From the IMG/VR virus record IMGVR_UViG_3300011471_000001, positions 62,001 to 90,527 of that record: 28,527 nucleotides of DNA; one strand, given 5' to 3'. This DNA is from an uncultured virus (IMG/VR IMGVR_UViG_3300011471_000001). Lineage: Duplodnaviria > Heunggongvirae > Uroviricota > Caudoviricetes. The notes beneath the pieces were generated by a model, which made no database searches, had not been told where the DNA came from, and was given only the letters and a program-made list of their open reading frames with translations. The translations under genes were made by a program, and so were the position numbers. Positions 9,739-19,999 of the stretch are shown here, in pieces. Position 1 is the stretch's first letter. Each line of letters begins with the position of its first letter.

Positions 9739-9936
9739 TTACTGGTCATCAGGTATTAGCTCCAGATCCCATCGACGGTAGTTAAGCGGGCAGGTGTAAT
9801 GGGGATGCTTCAGCACATAGCGCTGTCCATCCTCCAGCCAGTCCACCCGGTCAACCACGCATATCGCCCCCTCAAACAGATTCCCACGCAGACGCACGCG
9901 AGAACCCTTGCGGATCGGCTTTTCGGCCGCAATCAT
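9739..9936 (-). CDS. Small hypothetical protein (SH3/KOW-like)
   Basis: 65 aa; start overlaps the upstream stop; IRKGSRVRLRG pattern. Confidence 0.55.
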   Translation of the reverse strand: MIAAEKPIRKGSRVRLRGNLFEGAICVVDRVDWLEDGQRYVLKHPHYTCPLNYRRWDLELIPDDQ

Positions 9937-10514
9937 TACGACTCCATCAGCTCGTAGAAATCATCCGGGATATCGCTGAAGGTCACGAACAGGCCCAGCC
10001 AGACAGCGCGGCTTGCATCGGTGATGTAGCGCGACAGCTTGACGGTACTCAGTACCTTCTGAACCCATTTGGTCTGCGCCAGCTGGTCTGCAGGTGACAT
10101 TTCGCTCCAGACGTCAGTAGACATACCGCGCCCCAGGTTGAGCGCGTAGATCGCGGACCACATGACCGGCATCAGATCGGCGGTCTCCGGCTCATCAGAC
10201 AGTGAGCCTTGAACCTCCATGTAGAACTCAGTTGTCGCCAGGCAGATGTAATTTGGGATCAGCAGATAGCGATGCTCCGGACGCATGGCCATCATGCGCA
10301 CGCGGGTATCTTCCGCCGTGGCGTTTGCCATCGTCTGCTCAATCATCGTGTTGCGCGTGGTGCGCTGTGACGGAGTGAGACGCCAGTAGGGCGTTTCCAT
10401 CAGCGTCCGTGTTTCTCGTGAATAGTCATATTCATAGGAAAACTGCGGATCTTCGCGCATTGCCATATTCAGGTTATGGAAAAGCTCAAAGTGCGAGGCT
10501 TTACGGTTACTCAT
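9936..10514 (-). CDS. Hypothetical protein, first gene of a putative late operon
   Basis: 192 aa ORF directly downstream of the late-promoter-like motif. Confidence 0.7.
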   Translation of the reverse strand: MSNRKASHFELFHNLNMAMREDPQFSYEYDYSRETRTLMETPYWRLTPSQRTTRNTMIEQTMANATAEDTRVRMMAMRPEHRYLLIPNYICLATTEFYMEVQGSLSDEPETADLMPVMWSAIYALNLGRGMSTDVWSEMSPADQLAQTKWVQKVLSTVKLSRYITDASRAVWLGLFVTFSDIPDDFYELMES

Positions 10515-10544
10515 AATTCATCCGTTGTGGTAAATGGAGCGGGG

Positions 10545-10567
10545 AGAATAGGGAGTTTGTAATTTCG
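10545..10567 (-). promoter_or_regulatory. Putative late promoter for the PAAR/spanin operon
   Basis: Minus strand CGAAATTACAAAC-TCCC-TATTCT; same TACAAAC-N4-(-10) geometry as the other two sites. Confidence 0.65.
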
Positions 10568-10706
10568 GGGGTTGAGCGGCCATAGCTGAAAAAGAATTTA
10601 AAGTATAAATTTTTCATAAAAATCACTTTAAGTTTTCGACACTTTTCCCGTATAGTCTGGCTCTGCGGCAGGTTGCGCCACCATTTACTGAAAAAAGGAA
10701 TGCGAA

Positions 10707-11087
10707 ATGAATGACGTTTACGGACGAATGATCCCCGATACTGGCGTGCCTATTCAGAAAACCGTACTGGCATTGTCAGAAAGAACCGGCGTGCGGCTGC
10801 TGGACTGCGGCGAAGATTGCCAGGGCCGCTATGAAGTGATCACAGAAAACGTGCTGGTGGCCTGCACAGACGATTATGCGAGAGCGCGGGAATACTATTT
10901 CAAAGAGACCAGCCGCCTCAGTGCTGAGTGTCAGACCGCCTACAACATCAGGGCCAGAGAAGCGAAGGCGGCAGGCCTTATCGGCTATATTTTCCGTGAA
11001 TATGCCTGTAACCGTATCACGATGGATCAGGCGCTGTTGCTGCTGAATACGCCTCGCGGCATCCCGGCAGAATTGTTGTCAGCCTGA
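10707..11087 (+). CDS. Hypothetical protein
   Basis: 126 aa, RBS AAGGA, followed by a terminator. Confidence 0.7.
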   Translation: MNDVYGRMIPDTGVPIQKTVLALSERTGVRLLDCGEDCQGRYEVITENVLVACTDDYARAREYYFKETSRLSAECQTAYNIRAREAKAAGLIGYIFREYACNRITMDQALLLLNTPRGIPAELLSA

Positions 11088-11106
11088 TTCGTCCGCAAAG
11101 ACTAAG

Positions 11107-11131
11107 AACCCCGCATAGAGCGGGGTTTTTT
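11107..11131 (+). terminator. Rho-independent terminator
   Basis: AACCCCGC-ATAGA-GCGGGGTTTTTT. Confidence 0.85.
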
Positions 11132-11135
11132 CATT

Positions 11136-13562
11136 TCAGAGAGCGGCAATTATGTCGTTGACCGTTTTGCGCGTCTCACTTTTACAGGACACACTTCGCC
11201 GTGTGGCCAACGGGGCGATTCTGAAGCCATTGCTGATATAAAGGTACAGAATGGCAGGAGCGCTGCTGTTTGTGATTACCACCTTTGCGCCACGGTCCCG
11301 CGCTGCTACCAGGCACTCCACCAGCCGTACCTGATCCGCAAAGGTGAATGAGGTGCCACTGTATGCCGTAAACCCGGCTTCGTCCGGCAGAGGCTCATAC
11401 GGCGGGTCACAGAAAATCACGTCTCCTTCACCCGCCTGCGCGATCACATCCTCAAACCCGGCACACATGAACGTCATTTCTTTCTGCATGCCGGTGAAGT
11501 GCGCCAGTTCATCCATTGGGAAGTAATTCGCCTCTCCCTTCTTATTCCAGCCAACATTAAACAGGCCTTTCTGGTTATACCTGCATAGCCCGTTAAAGCT
11601 GGTTCGCATCAGCGCCAGGAAAAGCGCTGCGTGGCGTACAGCGTGAGCCTCGCGCCCGTTGAACTCATCACGGATGGCGAGATACGCCTCATTAGACAGA
11701 CAGCCTCGCTCCAGCTGGTAAGCCGCCTTAATTACGGCATCAGGATTGCCCTGCAGCTGGTTGAAGAGGTTAATCAGATCCGGGTTAACATCGCCCAACA
11801 GGTTGCGCTTAAAGCCTGCGTTGATAAAGACCGTGCCGCTGCCGACGAATGGCTCAATGAGACGTTCGCCTGCAGGAAGCATCGCCCTGACTTCATCCAG
11901 TACAGAGTGTTTACCGCCAGCCCACTTCAGGAATGAACGGGGGTATTTGTCGTCCGAAACCTTTCGCGCCGGCGCACTTTTTTTCTTTGCCGCTGGCGAA
12001 GCGGGGAGGGCTGCTGGCTGCGGTTCAGTTTCACCCGCCACCACCATGATCTGATTAGCAATGCGGTCGCCAATCCAGCGCATGACCGGCACTGGCATTG
12101 AGTTACCGATCGCTTTGTAGCGAGGGCCATCAGCCGCCAGCCTGTGAGCCTCTTCTTCCGCCATATCGGGGTGCATCAGGCGGAGATAGGCCAGTTCGTC
12201 AGCGGCAAGGACGTTGCGCTTCTTCTCCGGGATCAGGGTCCAGCCGTCAGGGAAGCCCTGAAGGCGCTCACATTCTTTAGGCGTCAGGCGCCGGACTTCG
12301 CACTGGCTGACGACAGAGGGGAATCCCTGGCCGGGTTTCCCGCCACCAGCTGACAGCGCACCGGTGATCTGCCCGTCGCCATTGAACAACCGGATCTCAC
12401 CACGGGTATTTTCAGCAAAAGCGGCATGCTCAACACACCTGGCAACACACGGCGCAGCGTCTCCTTTGCCCGTTTCCCCGGATTCAGCGCTAAGCGCGTG
12501 GCAAACGTCTGCCATATCGCCGCGGCCGTTACGCGCTATGCGTGTCTGGAAGCCATAAGCAACGGTCGGTGTGCCTCGCCCGGTGCCATCCTCTGAGGCG
12601 TCGTGACCTTCTGCCGTCAGAGTGTGGCTAACCTCGCCCGTGGCGCTTTGCACGGCAAATGTCTCGACGTCAAAATCATTGCGCTGGCCTTTGGCCGTCA
12701 GGCACGCGGCCACGCTAAGCGATCCTGAGCAGTTGCCGCCGCCAAATGCAGAAATTAAGTGAACGGCTGCGGCGTGGGAGAAGTCCGGGCCACCGACTCC
12801 AGAGCCGTTAGCAGTAAGTGGGGCAACTGCCTGCCCCGTTTCTCTGCGCGGCGGAGAATCCCGGCGCACGCCGTCGAACTCAAGAAGTATTTCTGCGGGA
12901 TCAACGTCGTTTCAAGCACTTGCGACAACGAACACACGGCGGCGGCGTTGGGCCACTCCGAAGTATTGGGCATCGAGCAGTCGCCAGGCGAGTTTGCGCT
13001 GTCGTCCAATAACACAACCAGACTTTGGCCACTTCGCCACATGCTTGCCATCGCTTTTTTTCCATCGCCAACCGGGGCCGTTTTTCCCGTGCGCAGGTCT
13101 TGGGCCTGGTTCAAACGCTTCATCTTCGCCAGCCATTCCGGCAAGGAAGTATCCAAAGGCGTTGTCATCGGTGCTGAGGCTTCCCGGCACGTTTTCCCAC
13201 AGGTGGACGGCTGGTTGTTCGCCGGTTGATACTCTTTTTTCGTCAATGGCATTCGCTAAATCTACATAGGCAAGGGTGAGTTGACCGCGTGGGTCGTCGA
13301 GGCTTTTACGGAGTCCGGCGATAGAGAACGCCTGGCACGGGGTGCCGCCAACCATCACGGCTGGGGCAGGGATAGAGCCAGCGCGGACGCCAGCGGCAAT
13401 TGTGGTCATATCGCCCAGGTTAGGGACAGCCGGAAAGCGGTGCGCCAGCACGGCCGCGGGGAACTTTTCAATCTCCGCGAACCATGCCGCTTTCCATCCC
13501 AGCCCTTCCCACGCCACGCTGGCCGCTTCAATGCCGGAGCAGACAGAGCCGTAAGTGATCAT
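11136..13562 (-). pseudogene. dmt: P1 Dmt-like C5-cytosine / N6-adenine (Dam) methyltransferase fusion, interrupted by an in-frame TGA at 12912-12914
   Basis: ORFs 12912-13562 (SGIEA, GTPCQ, WENV, QRRRRVF) and 11136-12869 (RRLTPKECERLQGFPD, GNS, then KWAGGK, EPFVGSG, DPPY) are in the same frame, separated by one stop. Functional status is uncertain. Confidence 0.85.
12755..13252 (-). CDS. Alternative-frame C5-methyltransferase beta subunit (M.EcoHK31I beta-like), nested in dmt
   Basis: C-terminal CSLSQVLE...KYFLSSTACAGILRRAEKRG.LP..L..AL resembles the EcoHK31I-type beta polypeptide, which is encoded in an overlapping frame. Confidence 0.7.
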   Translation of the reverse strand: MPLTKKEYQPANNQPSTCGKTCREASAPMTTPLDTSLPEWLAKMKRLNQAQDLRTGKTAPVGDGKKAMASMWRSGQSLVVLLDDSANSPGDCSMPNTSEWPNAAAVCSLSQVLETTLIPQKYFLSSTACAGILRRAEKRGRQLPHLLLTALESVARTSPTPQPFT

Positions 13563-14467
13563 CGCTTCGCCTCACCGCCCAGCGCATCCACCAGCCCGGA
13601 AAAGAAACCGGAAAACTCGGACGTGAAAAGCATGAAATCGGCCAGCGTGCGCGCGCACTGATCCTCGCGGTCGATATCATCATTCTGCTGGGTGAGCATG
13701 TCAGCGTACTTAATGCCCTTAATGCTCAGGTCATCGGACACGCGGCAGAAAATGCGCTCCTGCCAGTCCAGACTAAGCTGCGTGACCAGTTTTCCGGCCT
13801 CGATATGCGTGCGCACCTCGTCGCTCAGTAAGTCCTGTTTTTTGCAGCGGATTTTGCCGCCGTCTTCAAGTATTGCCGCCAGTTCGGCCTCGTCGCCCAG
13901 CGCAAAACCGGCGGGCAGTTCTGCGGCGCGCAGCCATTCAGTCAGCGTCAGCTCGATGGGATTAGCAGTCATCATCGGAATAACCGGCAGGGAGCCGATA
14001 GTTTTGCGCAGCAGCGCCAGCATGTCTTCAGCGGATTTAGCGCTGGCCGCGTCAACGTAGATACGGCTGTTCACGCTATCAATCCAGATGTAGGACTCAG
14101 AGCGACGTGAGAAAGCACGCGGCAGAAGCACACACAGCGCCTCGTCTCTCAGGCTGACTCTTTCACTGCGGCGCACCTTGCGCGCCTGCTCACGCTCAAT
14201 TTTCTCCACTTTCTCGGCGACATAATCGTTGAGCGTTGCCACTGGCATAATCTTGGTTTCATGCTGGCAGCACAGCAGGTACTGACCGTTCTCGGCCAGC
14301 AGAAGGCCGTCTGACGTGACATTGATCCAGCCTGATTTAGCCATGTCCTGCGCAGCACAGGGGGAAAACGTCATCGCCTGCAGCTGCTGCTCCAGCTGAT
14401 CCGCATCGAGCGGAATATCCCAGTTCAGGCTGTAGGCCATGACGTTTTTAAAGAAGGGTGATTTCAT
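13559..14467 (-). CDS. rdgC: Recombination-associated protein RdgC (P1 HrdC-like)
   Basis: FFKN..LLPRAFS..AEDMLALLRKTIGSLP..HIEAGKLVTQLSLDWQERI. Confidence 0.95.
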   Translation of the reverse strand: MKSPFFKNVMAYSLNWDIPLDADQLEQQLQAMTFSPCAAQDMAKSGWINVTSDGLLLAENGQYLLCCQHETKIMPVATLNDYVAEKVEKIEREQARKVRRSERVSLRDEALCVLLPRAFSRRSESYIWIDSVNSRIYVDAASAKSAEDMLALLRKTIGSLPVIPMMTANPIELTLTEWLRAAELPAGFALGDEAELAAILEDGGKIRCKKQDLLSDEVRTHIEAGKLVTQLSLDWQERIFCRVSDDLSIKGIKYADMLTQQNDDIDREDQCARTLADFMLFTSEFSGFFSGLVDALGGEAKR

Positions 14468-14496
14468 TCAGGAATGTCTCAACTTATAGCGTTAAC

Positions 14497-14521
14497 ACAT
14501 TCTAAATAATATTTTAGATTT
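14497..14521. promoter_or_regulatory. Putative repressor operator upstream of rdgC-dmt
   Basis: TCTAAA-N6-TTTAGA palindrome; 22/25 identical to the reverse complement of 20725-20749. Confidence 0.55.
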
Positions 14522-14531
14522 AAGATAACTC

Positions 14532-15140
14532 TTACTGACTGAACTCGAATTGAGGCGCGGTTGCGCTGAATGGTCCGTCAGACTGGAACACGATTTTCCC
14601 GCCAGCCTTGATAGTCAGGTTGCCGCCGACGTCGATCACCAGGTTCCCCGGCCCCAGCAGGTAAATATCCCCGCCTTCATTCATCCCGACACGCGAACCG
14701 CTGGCAGTATTGGCAATTTCATACCCGCCACCAGCAGACCGGATCTCCAGCAGGTTATTGCGGTGCGACACAAAATCCGTGGTTGGATTTAGGGAGGGAC
14801 GCGCTGGCGCACCATCCACAGCTGGTGGCTCATACCCGCCCCCCTGTCCGGAGGCTTCAGGCGCGACACTTGGCACGCCGCCCGGTGCCGACTGCGCCGC
14901 GCCGGTGATCAGCGGGCGCCGGGTATCCGGCTTTCCGCTGCCGTCTTTGTAGGGAAACTCCACCCATACCTGATCGCCCACGATGCAGGGTACAAACGTG
15001 TTGCCGATCGGAAGCTGATATTCCGCCCAGGGCAGGGTATCTGCATCCACGTCCGCCCACTGCGGAGTGAGGCGGATCTGCGCCCGCATGTGTCCCTGCG
15101 GGTCTTTTGTGGCCGTGATTATGGCGCGCTGCTTACTCAC
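14532..15140 (-). CDS. Baseplate spike protein (P1 gp5-like)
   Basis: gpV-like OB fold (DPQGHMRAQIR..LPWAEY..GDQVWVEFPY..PLITG) and a beta-repeat C-terminus. Confidence 0.85.
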   Translation of the reverse strand: MSKQRAIITATKDPQGHMRAQIRLTPQWADVDADTLPWAEYQLPIGNTFVPCIVGDQVWVEFPYKDGSGKPDTRRPLITGAAQSAPGGVPSVAPEASGQGGGYEPPAVDGAPARPSLNPTTDFVSHRNNLLEIRSAGGGYEIANTASGSRVGMNEGGDIYLLGPGNLVIDVGGNLTIKAGGKIVFQSDGPFSATAPQFEFSQ

Positions 15141-16126
15141 TGATTGGATACTCCTAAAATCATGCGCGTGGTGTAGCCAATCCGATCCTCATGGTGAATG
15201 ACCGCAACGGCGATAAAGTTTTTTGGTAACGTTTCGTCTACCTGGTTCTCCGCGTCATAGCGATGGATCTGCACGCCGATAATCATGCCAGCGGTGACGT
15301 CTGCGTTGCCGCTGACCTCAATATCCAGCTTAGGGACGATCACCCGCGCCATGTTGGTCAGCGTTGCAACATCGGCGTCAGAAATGTATTTGACCGGCTT
15401 CGTCTTATCGCCCACGGCCACGTATCCCTCTGTCATGGAGTAGCCGACATACTGATAGTCCCGACTGCTGGTGGCGGCGGCATCCTGGTTGATGTTGCTC
15501 AGCTTACTGATCGTGTATTCGGCCTGCGGATTGTTGGCCTCATAGACAAATGCCGCCTTTGTGCCGATCAGCTTTGCCATGTCCTTCATGCAGAATTTCC
15601 CACGGGCGCACCACACCAGCGCGCCATGATCTTCCGCTATCTGGCGCAGCACGCCGGACGGCTTCTCGCCCATATTGAGGTGATAGGTCATCGCTTTGCG
15701 GAAGGCGTCAGCCTCAATCGTCATTTTACCCGCGAACTCGGCCATGACGTCACCTGGCTGGCGGTCGGCATACAGCCGCACGCGGGCGGATGGGGTTTTG
15801 AGGCGCTTCAGATCCGCGGACACAGCGATGATCCGCACAACGTCACCGCTGGCGGGCGCGGAGGTCACGAAAAACGTCTCTGTATACGCGCCACGCTGCC
15901 CGGTCGGGTCGCCCAGTTCTGCCACCAGCTCAGCGCCATACCGGGCGCCCATTTCGTCCACCAGCTTTCCGGCTGGGTCGTGCGTCTCCAGCACCAGCAG
16001 CGGCGAAGTTAGCGACGTCTTCTCGATGTAAATCACAGACGTTATCCAGCTGCGCGGCATTTCCACGCCATTAAGCAGGACCGACTGCAGGAAGTACTGC
16101 ATGGGCTTGTTTTGCTGATTAGCCAT
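15137..16126 (-). CDS. P1 gp6-like baseplate hub/tail protein
   Basis: 329 aa; position in the 5-6-24-7-25-26 block; overlapping start/stop. Confidence 0.75.
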   Translation of the reverse strand: MANQQNKPMQYFLQSVLLNGVEMPRSWITSVIYIEKTSLTSPLLVLETHDPAGKLVDEMGARYGAELVAELGDPTGQRGAYTETFFVTSAPASGDVVRIIAVSADLKRLKTPSARVRLYADRQPGDVMAEFAGKMTIEADAFRKAMTYHLNMGEKPSGVLRQIAEDHGALVWCARGKFCMKDMAKLIGTKAAFVYEANNPQAEYTISKLSNINQDAAATSSRDYQYVGYSMTEGYVAVGDKTKPVKYISDADVATLTNMARVIVPKLDIEVSGNADVTAGMIIGVQIHRYDAENQVDETLPKNFIAVAVIHHEDRIGYTTRMILGVSNQ

Positions 16127-16896
16127 CAGTTGCCCCCTGGTGCCAGCTGGGTGTCATACCGGACGCTCCGGGCATCAACTTCATGCGCGGTCAGCACATC
16201 CACCATGACAATCAGCGACGCCTGGCAGGCGTAAATCCGATCCTGGGTGAATGGCGGCGACATATCGCTGAACATGATGGTTTTGGCGTCCTGAATGCTG
16301 CAGTTGATCTCAACGGGCCAGTTGACCAACTTTTCCTGCGCCGTGAAGTTAGTGGTGAGCCGGGAGCGGAAGTTAGCGGCCAGCGTGTTGCACATCATCG
16401 ACAGCGTATCTTTGTCACTGGCAATAAGCGTGATGGAGTAATTGAGCGAGGCCTGCGTAGCCTCAATCTCGGCCAGCGGCATCTTGCCCTGTGACTCGTC
16501 GGTAATGGCACCCAGGTTGCGATCAATCTCCTGGTCGTTGTTGTCATAGGTGATATCAAACCCGCGAGACAGGTTGATCAGCGGCAGGGCGTCGCGGTTC
16601 AGGTCCGGCATGTCCGACGCCTGCACGCTGCGGCGTCCGGCGCCCGCCTGGCGCACGGCGCGCAGAAAATCCATGACGTCATCAAACTTGCCGACGAATA
16701 CACGGTCTTCCGGCTTCCGCGCCAGGAAGGCGCTATAACGCAGCTCATGCTGGCGCGGGGCGGTCATTACGGCGCTGCTGAACACGTCATTCAGCGCCTT
16801 CGCTACGGCGGCATCAGCGGCGGTGAAGCCGGTACTCTCCACTTTGCCGGTGCGTGTTTTCACCCACTCGCGGGTGCGGGAAAGTAGCTCATTCAT
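16126..16896 (-). CDS. P1 gp24-like tail completion protein
   Basis: 256 aa; LPLINLSR motif; synteny. Confidence 0.72.
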   Translation of the reverse strand: MNELLSRTREWVKTRTGKVESTGFTAADAAVAKALNDVFSSAVMTAPRQHELRYSAFLARKPEDRVFVGKFDDVMDFLRAVRQAGAGRRSVQASDMPDLNRDALPLINLSRGFDITYDNNDQEIDRNLGAITDESQGKMPLAEIEATQASLNYSITLIASDKDTLSMMCNTLAANFRSRLTTNFTAQEKLVNWPVEINCSIQDAKTIMFSDMSPPFTQDRIYACQASLIVMVDVLTAHEVDARSVRYDTQLAPGGN

Positions 16897-17678
16897 TCGA
16901 TACGTCCGTTGCTGGTGGTGTCAAAATTGCGGGCAGGGATGCAGTAGTAAAGCGATCCGACATTCTGCGTGCCGAAGCCATAAATCCGGTGAACGTACCA
17001 CCACCGGCGCGCCAGGGTGCCGCTGGCCATCTCTTCATTCCACTCAAGAATTGAGCCAACCGGCACGCCCTCGGCGGCGATGCGCAGGATCAGCACATCG
17101 TCGGTTAATCCGTCCTGTTCGCCGTCGGCATCGAGCACCTGGAAACTCTCGCGCTCGTCCGGGCAATCCAGCACCGTGACAATGACCGGATCAGCGTCTT
17201 CATAGCTCAGGTTCCGCTGGTTGTTGTTGAGCTCGGTAAACGACGGCTGTTCAAAGCCGGTTTCATCGTCCACTTCCCCGACGTCGCGCATGTCCGGCAG
17301 GTACAGCAGCGCCTGAAAAGCGCTGTAGTCGCTCTCAATCGCTTTAATCCAGTCACGGCGGACCATGATGTTAAATGGGGCATGCCCTTTGTAGCGTGGT
17401 TTCAGCGCCGTGCTCTGTTCGCGTGCGGCAAGGGCATCCGGAAGCGGGGCGCTCAGCGGGTCATGATCCTCACTGCTGCCGCTGTCAGCGTCATCAGTAC
17501 CGCCAGAGGTATCACCATCGGGTGACGTGGCGGCGGTCGGCGTGGCGGCGTCGAGATCGATAACAGCATTGCTGCTATCCGGCGTATCGATCGCGGTAGC
17601 GGGTTGCTCAGTTTCACTGCTGGTGGCCTCGTTAATCGTCGGTGGATTGTCGGCCAGAAATTCGTCGTACCGTCCCAT
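16893..17678 (-). CDS. P1 gp7-like tail stability/neck protein
   Basis: 261 aa; low-complexity acidic N-terminus, LEW..RRWWYVHRI..YYCIP; synteny. Confidence 0.72.
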   Translation of the reverse strand: MGRYDEFLADNPPTINEATSSETEQPATAIDTPDSSNAVIDLDAATPTAATSPDGDTSGGTDDADSGSSEDHDPLSAPLPDALAAREQSTALKPRYKGHAPFNIMVRRDWIKAIESDYSAFQALLYLPDMRDVGEVDDETGFEQPSFTELNNNQRNLSYEDADPVIVTVLDCPDERESFQVLDADGEQDGLTDDVLILRIAAEGVPVGSILEWNEEMASGTLARRWWYVHRIYGFGTQNVGSLYYCIPARNFDTTSNGRIE

Positions 17679-18895
17679 TATTGATTACCTGCTCTTGTCT
17701 GGTTTTTTGCATATTCAATAAACATTTTTTCGGCCTCGGCGCGGGGCGTGCCGCTCAGCACCAGGGCATCAATGAACGTCTGGCGCTGGATCTTCGCCTG
17801 GTCCGCCAGCTGCTGACGCAGAAGGGCGTTTTTAGCTTTTTCGTCCACCAGCTCCGCCTGCTTCTTCGCGGCGCGTGTGCGCTGCGCTGCGGTCAGCTTT
17901 TTGGCACGGGTCAGCTGGCCGCGCAATTTGTCGATCCGCCCGTCGTCATTTTCCAGCCGCTTCGCCAGCGCACCCATGCGCTTCTGATACTTCTCATGCT
18001 CTCGCTTGACGGCGGCGACGTTCGTCTGCGAACTGCGGTTGCGGTTGAACTTTGCTTTGTCGGCGTCAGTGAAATGCTCAGTGGTTTTGCGCGGATCGTC
18101 GCCATAAGCGTTGTTACCAGCGCTTTTATGCAGTGCCTGGCCGATGCGCACCTGCCATGAGGCGGATTGCAGACGGGTGAAAGCGTGAATGACGTGCTTA
18201 CAGGCGACGCCTTTCAGGTTCGGGTTTTTCTCTTTGGGGTAGGCGTACTCTTTTGGCGGGGCAAGGGCGAAATTGCCTGCCGTGGCGATGTAGCGATACC
18301 AGTACTGGTGACGGCCGCAATCGCAATCAAAAGAGACGCGGCCAGCGCATAGTCGCTTAGCAATTTTGGCTGAGCTGTCTTTGGCATCGGTGATTTCCTC
18401 CATCAGCTGATCCCACTCTTCAAAGCGGAATTTCACGCGGTGATGCTTATCGATCGAGGCGGCGGACGCCTCCACGCTGACGGTCAGGACGTTGTGTTTA
18501 AGCGTGGTGGGCGTTGCGCGCTTAATGCCGGATCCGTCGTCTACCCGGTTATTGGCGCGCTTAATGTCGATCTGCTGACTACCGGCCACCAGCTGCGCAT
18601 ACGTGATACCGGCCTGTGATGAATTGAACTGCTGGCGGGCGCCGGCGCGATTTGCTTCGAACCCTTTCAGATCCTCTTTCGTGAAGAACGTGCCGGACTT
18701 CTTTTTGCCCAGGGCAATGATGTCGTCCAGCGCCTTGTTCTTCAGAGTCAGCGGGTTAAGCGTACGCCGCGCAATGCGCCGTGATTTGCGGCGGTCTTTG
18801 TCAATCTGGTCAAAGACGCGGGAGAACTCTTTGGAAGAAAGCCCTGCCGTGTCGTAGCGCCCGGACTGTGTGCGGGCAAACGGAGTATCAGCCAC
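17678..18895 (-). CDS. P1 gp25-like protein with SWIM-type Zn finger
   Basis: CDCGRHQYWYRY...VACKH (CxC...CxH); basic coiled-coil C-terminus. Confidence 0.78.
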   Translation of the reverse strand: MADTPFARTQSGRYDTAGLSSKEFSRVFDQIDKDRRKSRRIARRTLNPLTLKNKALDDIIALGKKKSGTFFTKEDLKGFEANRAGARQQFNSSQAGITYAQLVAGSQQIDIKRANNRVDDGSGIKRATPTTLKHNVLTVSVEASAASIDKHHRVKFRFEEWDQLMEEITDAKDSSAKIAKRLCAGRVSFDCDCGRHQYWYRYIATAGNFALAPPKEYAYPKEKNPNLKGVACKHVIHAFTRLQSASWQVRIGQALHKSAGNNAYGDDPRKTTEHFTDADKAKFNRNRSSQTNVAAVKREHEKYQKRMGALAKRLENDDGRIDKLRGQLTRAKKLTAAQRTRAAKKQAELVDEKAKNALLRQQLADQAKIQRQTFIDALVLSGTPRAEAEKMFIEYAKNQTRAGNQ

Positions 18896-19220
18896 TGATC
18901 AACTCCGGCTTACCGCCAGCAAAGTCGCGTATGCGCCCACGTAGCCATGCCATGTCCGGCAGGGAAAGCGTCTGGCCTGCGGGCAGCGGTTCCATTTCCG
19001 ACTCTATCCCGCACAGCAGGCGGAATACCCAGCGCAGATCGTCGTTACCCTCATAAGCCCGGTATGCCGCCAGGTCAGCGCGGAATATCTCATCGAGACG
19101 GATGGTGTAGTCGCGGTTGTCTTCGTGAAATGACGCGGATCGCTTGATCACCTCTTGGTGAAAGAGGCTGCGCAGCACCACGTCACTGATCGAGCGATCG
19201 TCGAGGCGGTTGTAACTCAC
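18888..19220 (-). CDS. P1 gp26-like baseplate protein (LysM-like)
   Basis: YTIR.DE..RADL.AYRAY....LRWV...L.AG..L.LP. Confidence 0.8.
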   Translation of the reverse strand: MSYNRLDDRSISDVVLRSLFHQEVIKRSASFHEDNRDYTIRLDEIFRADLAAYRAYEGNDDLRWVFRLLCGIESEMEPLPAGQTLSLPDMAWLRGRIRDFAGGKPELISG

Positions 19221-19870
19221 AGAATGCGCTCCTCATCGCTGATTCGCTTGCCGGTCAGTGACTCCGGCACGGCTTCGGCGGCTTTGATTTTCTCATAGCC
19301 GATGATGCGTTTAAGCGAGTCCATAAGGGACGGCTCCTGCTCGGCGGTCGCGGCGGTCATGGCGTTGATATAGTCCGCTGATGCCACGTTGTTGTAGCCC
19401 ACGGCGAAGCAGCACAGGATGGTCAGTACCTGCTCCGGGCGGATCTCGCGCCAGTTGATTCGGTAAATCTCTTCACCGCTGGCGTTGTACTCCACTTCAA
19501 CAATGGAATCGGGGATCTCAAATGCGCCCTTGTTCTCTGCTGGCAGCGCAATGTTGTCCTGCAGCATGAGCTCGTTGTAACGCTCAATGCCGGTGAGCAC
19601 GGCAGCGCGCCCGTCGCTTCCCCGCGTTCTGAGAGAGATATGGTTGCCGCCTACCTCGTTTGCCACTTTGCCAGTGGCTTCATCCACCAGTACTTTAAAG
19701 CCCTGCTTGCGCAGTGCCTCGACGAAAGGGGCAAGTTTAACCAGCTGCTTTCGCATGCCTTTTGGCAGCGTCTGCGGCTTTGACATAACGAGCGTGTGAT
19801 CCTCGTAAATGGCGGTGATTGCCATCGGCTGGCTGGTGGAAAGGCTGATTACTGCGATTTTCTGTTTCAC
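19217..19870 (-). CDS. mat: P1 Mat-like maturation control protein
   Basis: INWREI..EQVL..LCCFA..YNNVASADYI.AM resembles P1 Mat as recalled; follows ref as in P1. Confidence 0.72.
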   Translation of the reverse strand: MKQKIAVISLSTSQPMAITAIYEDHTLVMSKPQTLPKGMRKQLVKLAPFVEALRKQGFKVLVDEATGKVANEVGGNHISLRTRGSDGRAAVLTGIERYNELMLQDNIALPAENKGAFEIPDSIVEVEYNASGEEIYRINWREIRPEQVLTILCCFAVGYNNVASADYINAMTAATAEQEPSLMDSLKRIIGYEKIKAAEAVPESLTGKRISDEERIL

Positions 19871-19999
19871 GTCTGTACCCCTGAAAAGGCGAAAGGCCGC
19901 ATATAGCGGCCTCTCTGGCTTTTAACGTTCCCAACCGCGCGTTGCAGATTAGGTAAGTTGTCAAAAATTCCATCAGGGAACCGCTAACAGCTTGGGGCG

